The notes under the pieces are model-generated. The model worked only from the letters and a program-made list of their open reading frames with translations, was not told where the DNA came from and made no database searches. DNA of 64,000 nt from Octopus vulgaris. Taxonomy: Eukaryota. Of the stretch, positions 55,501 through 64,000 are shown piece by piece (the stretch's first letter is position 1; the number at the start of each line of letters is the position of its first letter). The DNA is taken from positions 68,758,001-68,822,000 of the forward strand of contig OX597815.1 of assembly GCA_951406725.2 (NCBI GenBank), given 5' to 3'. The position numbers and the translations under genes were made by a program.

Positions 55501-56631
55501 TAAATGATATTATAAAACTTATATAAACTATATTTTTCCTTGGATATTGGTTATTCAGTGGACAGTTGTTATGGTTCCTACAGTTGCATGATTCATTCAG
55601 CCTATCATCATCATCAGGTATAGTTATAGGAATTAACATTTATTGTATTTACTACTGTTCTCTAAATGAAACATTAAGAGTTTAACATCCTTTATGTTCT
55701 AACTAGATATTAACACTATTGTTGACTTGTTTCATTAAAGGTAAACTCTGACTTCATAAGGACTAGTTTTGGGGAATTTTTTTTCCTTTGCTTTGAATGT
55801 TTTCTAAGGCCATAAAGAATTTAAGTGGGATATTTGGTTACATGAGCCCCAAACAGAGTATTATATCAGGTAATCTGTATTATGTACCCTACTTTTCTTA
55901 TTGTCATTTACAGTGTTGCAAGGATAGATGTGCCTAGCTCTAGTCTTCTCAGGATTAGAACCCTTTTTTCCCTTATTTTTTGTTACCAAAGTCCCCAGGA
56001 TTATGTCCCAAGTGAAGAAATACATGCTGCTTATAACTGCGTGACTTCGGGTGAAAGAACTGCAGTTTGTCTGCAGAGAGGACAGCCTGGGGACTCTGGT
56101 AATAAAAATTCTCTCAATGTCTTGTATGTCTGTTTTGTCATGCCATGCTAATTGTAAACAAATGTTACTATCATTCAAGTGTTGTCATTTGTTCACAATC
56201 TTCTCTGAAAACAAGTTTGGCTGGAGACTTGGACCATATACTTGCATCCATGGGGCTAACCTGGTTAAAGGATTAAATCTATTACCCTCACAGGCCATGG
56301 TAAGATTTGAACTTGGAACACAAAGATCCAAAACAAATACCAATAGGCATCTAGCTAAATGTTCTTACAGTTTTTAAATTCATTGTCTGGATTGGTACTT
56401 TATTTTAACTGACTCTAAGAAGAGGAATGATAATGTTGGCTTCTGTAGGATTTGAACTCAGAATGACTGGTCAGAACAAATACCAAGAAGTATTCTGCCA
56501 ATTTACCACCTCATTTATTAGTCAACGATAAAAGGAATAAAGTTAGCCCCTAGCCCCTAATTAGGAAATGTTTTCAACATATTTTTCTCTTAAACCATAA
56601 AATAACAAACTAAAGAAAAAAAAAACTAGGT

Positions 56632-56830
56632 TTAGCCCTTTAGCGTTTAAACCAGCCAAACCCAGCCCAAATATTCTATCTGTTTTATGTTTAAATGAAC
56701 CAGATCCAGCCTCTTGCACCTAACCTACAATGTCATTCTAAGACTAAACAATCTCAAAGCTACGTGATACTTCATGCTTTATTCTAAACCAAATGAATAA
56801 ATAAGTGTTACATTTGACAGGGTAAGCTGA
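56632..56830. mobile_element. piggyBac-type MITE family P2 (right end degraded)
   Basis: Matches 9275-9501 and 14240-14455. Confidence 0.65.
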
Positions 56831-58187
56831 AAACTAATTCTCTACATTTTATAGCATAGTGTTTCCTCTCATCTCCATGGATACAACACAACCTAATCAT
56901 CATCATCATCATTGTCACCACCTTCAGTGGTGGTGAAGATGGTGATGCTAGCAGTTGTAGTGGTGGTGGGGTAGTAAGTCTTATCTGCCTGGCAACACCA
57001 ACTAAAACAATGCTTAACCAAACCACCAATCTTCATGCTAATGTTGGAAGAGATTGCAACTAAAATTAATGAATGAAGACCTGCTGAGTCAACAGATTTA
57101 TAAACATATATCCAAAACAGGATGATAAAAAAAGAGAAAACACAAGAAGGAAGTAGATGTAAAAGGTGGGAAGTTGAAAATGAAAGGAAAAAGAAAATCT
57201 AGTTTCTTCTTGCCCTGACTATGATGCCTGGCATCTCATTAACCACCAGGCAACAGCCTCCTGTGAAGATACCTGCAGAATCATCCTTGCAGATAAGAGA
57301 AAAAAAGAAAGAATAGCAAGGACACTACAAACAACTCTGAACAGCCTACCTATCCTATTTGTTCTATTATCCTGTTTTAGCTTGTTATGCCATGTGGGCA
57401 TAGTCTGAGGACTGTGAAGGTACGAGACCAGTTATAAAATGCTGTCTCAGTCATTTTCATTACATGATACTATTAGTAGCTCATAAAGATATATACTGTG
57501 TTCATTAAGTAATTATCTAATCTGTCTACAGGTATATACATGTAAGTTTATTATTCAAAACTGAATCTCCTTAAGTTTCACTTTTGACTGATCATGACTG
57601 ACTTATATATTATTTAACTCCCATGTTCCATGCTGATATTAGTTGGATGGTTTAACAGGATCCAGTGAGTCCAATGATTGTATCATGTTCCATTGTTTGT
57701 TTTAGTATGGTTTCTATAGCTGGATGCCTTTCCTAACACCAATCACTTTATAGCATGTACTGGGTGCTTTTCTCATGCCACTAGCACTAGTGAGTTCACC
57801 ATGCAGCTTGCAAACCTATGAAACCTGAGGAGAGGTAACTTTATGCTAACAGATGAGGATTGAGGTCTGGGTGGAGGAGGGATAGAGTAGGTTCTTGTTG
57901 GAGAGGAGCTACATGGCTACTTATTTAGGAGAGAGAAGATATGTTTATATAAATAATATCATTGCTATCATGTTAAACTGTCGTATGTCTAAATTTGACC
58001 AAATGCGGTTTTTTTCTTTCAATCTTTTTTTTTGCTTGCAATAGCTGGTTCTTTTGGTCAAACTGTCGTATCTCCAGCTGCTTCAGATGCCAAGATATCA
58101 AAAATTGTCAAAGTGTAGTACAACAGTTTTCTGAAAAAGCGTTTTCGACTTATGTACTCTCACATACATACACATATAAGCATCTAT

Positions 58188-58600
58188 TACTCTTTTACTT
58201 GTTTCAGTCATTTCACTGTGGCCATGCTGGAGTACCGCCTATAGTCGAGCAAATCGACCCAGGACTTATTCCTTGTAAGCCTAGTACTTATTCTATCAGT
58301 CTCTTTTGCCTAACTGCTAAGTTACGGGGACGTAACTTAGCATTGGTTGTCAAGCGATGTTGGTGAGGGGGGAACAAACACACACACACATACATACAAT
58401 ATATACATATACACAAACACACACACATATATACATGACAGGCTTCTTTCAGTTTCCATCTACCAAATCCACTCACAAGGCTTTGGTCGGCCCGAGGCTA
58501 TAGTAGAAGACACTTGCCCAAAGTGCCACGCAGTGGGACTGAACCCGGAACTATGTGATTCATAAGCAAGCTACTTACCACACAGCCACTCCTATGCCTG
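58188..58600 (-). mobile_element. Full-length SINE family B (tRNA head, CORE-like region, internal microsatellite, tail)
   Basis: Uninterrupted copy, used as the reference for the split copies. Confidence 0.85.
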
Positions 58601-59528
58601 TTGTTTGTTTTATCATACAAAAGTACAAATCATCATTGTTTAACATCTGTTTTCCATGCTGGCATGAGTTAGCTGGTTTGACTGGAGATGGTAAGCCAAG
58701 GAGCTGCACCAGGCTTCAGTCTGTTTTGACTTGGTTTCTATGGCTGGATACCCTTCCTAATGCCCACTACTTCACAGAGTGTACTGGGTACCTTTTACCT
58801 ATCACCAGCATGGGTGCCTTTTTATGTGTCACCTGCACAAGTGCCTTTTACATGTCACTGGCACCAGCAATGACCATGATTTCACTTAGCTTGACATATC
58901 TGAAACACAGCAAATCGCCAGCAGTTTTGGCTTCTATGAGACTTAACTGAAGATCATATTTCCCTACTTGTCTGATGTCTTCCTGGGTATAGCTTTCCCA
59001 CAAATTACCTCTACAATTAAAAGATTGGCACTGTATTTACTAGACCGTTCTTCCTTTTAGAAGTTTGTAGACTTTATTACATCTCTGTACACACAAAATA
59101 AACAGGATTACAAACTCATATTCTGAATGTTGCAGTTAATCAACATTCCACTTAATTCCACTTAACACATTGAAAATTAATTACAAATGATAGCTATAAA
59201 ATTTAATTGGCCTCAACATCAGTTGGGCATATAATATATAATGGTGAAAGCTTTCTATCATACATCTAGGGAATCTACTTTATATTTTGTGAAAATTTGG
59301 GTATATTTTTTTTATTGCCTAACAGGTTTCAGATATTGGAATGTGGCCATGCTGGGACACCACTTGAAGTGTTTAGTTGATTGTATTGCTATCAACATTT
59401 ATTTCTATTTAGAAATGATTATATAGGATATATACCAAAATGAAAGTGTGTAATTTTAGATGGAAACTAGATGCTATTATGTGAATGTAAATATGTATGT
59501 GTATATATTGTATGTGTATGTACATATA

Positions 59529-60412
59529 CAAGGTGATCAAATGAAATGTAGAGATATTCAAATATGCTCAAATAAAACTCAGAAAATGTAGATTGAGATG
59601 ATACATTTAACTTTCAATATATTTTCCCTGGGCAGAGACTACCTACCAAACTCTGAGAACAATTTGGGAGCAAGTGGCACAAACAGTTTCTGAGGAGATT
59701 TTGTCCCAGCATTTTTGCAAATGGTGCTCAAGTACTCTGAGACTTGTGTGAGAATTAGCACAGGATTTGCTCTCAAAAATAGACCATATGCCAAAGTTCA
59801 TCAGATTCAGGTTTGGTGAAGAGTGGGGCCAGAATTCTTTCAACTGGAATGCCTTGAAGTTCTCTTAAAACCATTCTTGGACTTTTTTAACCATATAAGA
59901 TTTTGCACCATCCTGTTGGACAGTTACAACTTCATCCCCTATTGTTGCAATAACCCAAGGGGCTACTTTATCCTTTAACATGTTCAAATGTTGGTTGATT
60001 TTTTTTTCACCCTCTTCAATGAAGATTAGAGGGGTTTTCATGCCATTTGAGGTCACACCCACCCACACCATTATGGATGCAGGTTTCTGCTGCTGAGTGA
60101 GTAGTTCTCACTCTTGGTAAGCAAGAACCATTCTCTTTTATTCGTTTGATTACTATATAGACTCCTGATCTGCTGATAGTGTGTTTCAAATCCTTGAAAA
60201 TCTTGTTAGGCATTTTCCCTTCCTTGAATAGCCATTCAATTGCTTTACTTATTTCACTCATACTAGCTTAAGTACTAGCTTCAAGTATAAATTAGCTTCA
60301 ATATAGTTTCTTCTTGCCCTGACTAAATGTTAAGTAGTATTTCTGAAATTAGAAAAGAAATGTCAATTAAATTTAAGTAAACTAAATGTCTACACTTGGG
60401 TTGATCACCCTG
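59529..60412 (-). mobile_element. Tc1/mariner-superfamily transposon (probably maT/DD37D-like), internally deleted
   Basis: TA|CAAGGTGATCAA ... TTGATCACCCTG|TA TIRs; peptides MVWVGVTSNGMKTPLIFIEEG, QQDGAKSY and FWPHSSPNLNLMNFGIW; N-terminal HTH-like region. Confidence 0.88.
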
Positions 60413-60489
60413 TATATATATATGTGTGTGTGTATACATGTATAGTATATATATATATATATATAGTTATAGTTATTCAACTCAATAGT

Positions 60490-62135
60490 TCATTTGTAGA
60501 TAAAGCAATCAAGGATATGAAGACAGTTATGGTCTAGTCACCCAAATGCAAATCAGGTGGTTCACAAAGGAGTCATAACCAATGACTGGTGTAGCAGCAC
60601 CATAGTCAACTGCTACAAAGGTAACGGTGATTCCTTAGATAGAAATAATTACTGAGGTATCAAATTGTTGGATCAGGTGATGAAAGTTACGGAGGCAGTC
60701 ATAGCCCAACTAATTAGGGAGAGAGTTAGTCTAGATGAGATGCAGTTTGGTTTTGTGCCAGGAAAAAGCACCACTAATGCTATATTTCTGGTAAGGCAGC
60801 TGCAGAAGAAATACATAGCCAAAGATAAACCTCTGTACTTGGCCTTTGTTGACTTGGAGAAAGCCTTTGACAGGGTCCTCCAATCCCTTATGTGGTAGTC
60901 AATGTGAAAACTAGGAATAGATGAGTGGTTGGTGAGAGCTGTACAAGCTATGTACAGTGATGCTACCACTAAGGTGAGGGTTGGCAATGAGTACAGCAAA
61001 GAATTCAGGGTACAAGTAGGGGTTCACCAAGGATCAGAGCACAGCCTCCTCTTGTTCATCATATTCCTGATAGAATGTAGCTGTCAGAATAAGATTAGGC
61101 TGGGCAAAGTTCAGAGAGCTCCTACCTCTGCTGGCAACAAAGGGCCTCTCTCTCAGAGTGAAAGGTAGATTGTATGATGTCTGTGTGCAAACAGCTATGC
61201 TACATAGCAGTAAAACATAGGCTGTGACAGCTGAGGACATGCGTAAGCTTGAAAGAAATGAAACCAGTATGCTTCGCTGGATGAGCAGTGTCAGTGTGCA
61301 TGTTCGACAGAGTGTAAGCATCTTGAGAGAAAAGTTATGCATAAGAGGCATCAGATGTGGTGTGCAAGAGCGATGATTGCACTGATATGGTCATGTGATG
61401 CATATGGACAAGGGCAGCTGTGTAAAGAAGTGCTGATCTCTAACTGTGGAGGGAACCTGTGGTACAGGTAGACCCAGGAAGACATGGGTCAAAGTGGGGA
61501 AGCATGATCTTCAAACTTTGAGCCTCACAGAAGCAATGACTAGTGACTGAGACCATTGGCAATATGCTGTGCTTGAGAAGACCCGTCAATCCAAGTGAAA
61601 TTGTAATCATGGCTGATACTGGTCTCATGTAACTTGTACCTGTGCCGGTGGCACGTTAAGAGCACCTTTCAAGTGTTGGGCCTCACGGAGACAAAGCGGC
61701 TGAGTTCTTTTTGAGTGCTGGGCATCATGGAGGCAAGGTGACTCCTTTCAAGTGTTGGGCTTCACAGAGGCAAAGTGGCTGGGTTCCTTTGGAGCATTGG
61801 GCCTCACAGAGGCAAAGTGGCTGAGTTCCTTTCGAGTGTTGGGCCTCATGGAAGCAATGACCAAGACCTTTGGCATTATGTCATACTTGAGAAGACCCAT
61901 CAAACCGAGCAAAATTACAGTTGTGGCAGACACTGGTGTCACACAAATGGCACCAATGCCAGTGGTATGTAAAAACACCCATTACACTCTCAGAGTGGTT
62001 GGTGTTAGGAAGGGTATCCAGCCATAGAAAACCATGCTAAATCAGACTGGAGTCTGGTGCAGCCTTCCAGCTTACCAGCCCAGGTCAAACCGTCTAACCC
62101 ATGCCAGCAAGGACAACGCACATTAAATGATGATA
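60490..62135 (+). mobile_element. Degenerate RTE LINE with internal deletions and ~45-bp 3'-UTR tandem repeats (61665-61860)
   Basis: QFGFVPGKSTTNAIFLVRQLQ...FVDLEKAFDRV and VGVHQGS; the YADD/Cys-rich segment is deleted near 61070; RTE 3' end and (GAT)n tail run into (TA)n. Confidence 0.9.
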
Positions 62136-63439
62136 TATATATATACTGGCTGAATTACCTGGTATTACTCGGAAAAGCAGGTGTTATTTCCAGTTCCCCT
62201 TCCCATAACACTATTTCATGTCCTATCCTATTCCGTGTTCAGTTCCCATTTTAGTTCCATTCCCATTCCTATGTCATTATATAAATTTTAGAATCAGTTA
62301 GGTGTAATTAAGCCACAAAAGTAGTGACAGATAGTTATAGGCCGTCACACACACACACACACATACACACACAAATTTACAAACATACACAGGTAATCGC
62401 AAGTTTAAAATGGTGTGTAGTAGATGTATCTTTGTATGTAATATGTATATATGTATGTGTGTATATATATATGTATATATTGTGTGTCTGTGAATGTTTC
62501 TTTGCGATGGACAGAAGAAAAGCCACCTATCACCTTTCTCTTTAAAGCTACGTATTCTTCATATCTACCTTTCTGTGTGTGTTGTATCTATATATTTATG
62601 AAAGTATGTATGCAGCATCGCATGTATATGACAGCTATAGTAATGTTATCATCCCATTATCACTGCTGTTCTCACCTTCATTAATAGAAGTCACCCTCTC
62701 TTTCAGACTTATAATTTTGTAGTCTTTTCATTTTATCGTATAAATTGCCCAACACCCCTGAAGGGCACATTATAGATTTTTATTGAAATCCAATTAGCCT
62801 ATTATTGAACTGGATGTTAGTGTAACATATGCAAAGTGTCATGAATATTGGTTCAGTAGTTTAGGCACTAAGTTGGTAACAGAGAGACAGATAGACAGAC
62901 AGACAGAAATTGCCATTTACATATATATATAGATGTTTATGTGTGTGTATTATATGTTTGTATATATATATATATATGTGTGTGTGTGTGCGCGCGTGTT
63001 TGTGTGCATGTGTGTGTGTGGTGGGAATATATGTGTATCTCTTATTATAATCTGCCTCCCTTTGTCTCTTATAGAAATCTACAATATAGGATTTCTTCAA
63101 TTACAATTTACCTAGCATTTTTAAGAGTAGAATGCATCGGGTCTTGCCAGGTCCACTTTTTAAAATTTCAACCCCAATTAAGCAAAATTTAGAGAAAACT
63201 CACATTGTGGTGTATAAGTCAAATGCTCTTCTTAGTGTGGGCTACAGCACACGCACATGCACACACACAGTGTGCAACGAATAAAGTGAAAGTAATTCAC
63301 TTTTTGTAGTGAGTGACTCTTTCACTCTGCCACTTCCTCTTTACACACATAGACACACAAATATATAAATAAAATTGTAAGCTAACGTGTGTGTGTGTGT
63401 GTGTGAGGGTGTGTGCGTGTGCGTGAGTGTGTGACAGGA

Positions 63440-63950
63440 AAGTTTTTTAGGACGAATATAAGACCTATATCCAAGTAGCAGAAAGATCGCCCAAAAGTGT
63501 ATATAGATATTTAAATGTATTTATATATTCATCTATACACAGATGTATGTATAATGTGTGTGTATATATTTCCATAGACGTAACCATTCACTCTGCACAA
63601 AGTTTTTTAGGACGAAAATAAGATCTAAAGTTATCTCTAAGTAGCACAAAGATCGCCCAAAAGTGTATATAGATATATAAAAGTATTTATATATTCATCT
63701 ATGCACACATGTATGTATAACTTGTGTGTATATATTTCCATAGAGGTAACCATTCACTCCATACAAAGTTTTTTAGGATGAAAATAAGATCTAAAGTTAT
63801 CTCTAAGAAACAGAAAGATCGCCCAAAAGTGTATATAGATATTTAAATGTATTTATATATTCATCTATACACACATGTATGTATAATGTGCGTGTATATA
63901 TTTCCATAGAGGTAACCATTCAATCCATACAAAGTTTTTTAGGACGAAAA
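63440..63950. repeat. ~165-bp tandem repeat, ~3.1 copies
   Basis: aagttttttaggacgaa recurs at 63440, 63601, 63766 and 63932. Confidence 0.9.
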
Positions 63951-64000
63951 TATTTATATATAAAAGAAAAGTTGTGTGTCTGTCTACTCCGGGTATTAGC

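Noticed and set aside
56011-56085. Hammerhead ribozyme (TGAAGA...GAAA)
   Set aside because: The first core base is wrong and there is no properly placed stem III / NUH cleavage site.
57975-58152. Minus-strand coding exon after an acceptor-like tttttcAG
   Set aside because: All three frames stop quickly; internal repeated motifs (aactgtcgtat) suggest a transposon fragment.

Overview
AT-rich, microsatellite- and transposon-dense eukaryotic DNA. The SINE, RTE and (TA)n content suggests an octopus (coleoid cephalopod); this is an inference. One complete protein-coding gene can be assembled by hand on the + strand: a 10-coding-exon GKAP1 (G kinase-anchoring protein 1) orthologue, ATG 5080 to TGA 49254, 972 nt / 323 aa. 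All exon phases agree only if intron 7 uses a non-canonical GC donor (37938). The rest is mostly mobile DNA: tRNA-derived SINEs, RTE, CR1 and R4/Dong-like LINE fragments, piggyBac, Tc1/mariner and pogo/Tigger remnants and MITEs, and a non-autonomous Helitron nested in a mariner remnant. Also present are a long-inverted-repeat element with an 8-bp TSD, a degenerate 28S rRNA fragment, several tandem repeats, and a ~2-kb palindrome centred on (TA)n that may be an assembly artefact. Most ORFs in the track are microsatellite or repeat noise. I see no evidence of a new multi-gene system. The most notable signals are the PHD-like finger inside the RTE reverse transcriptase, the composite inverted-repeat element, the GC-AG intron, the 28S fragment and many intronic inverted repeats.
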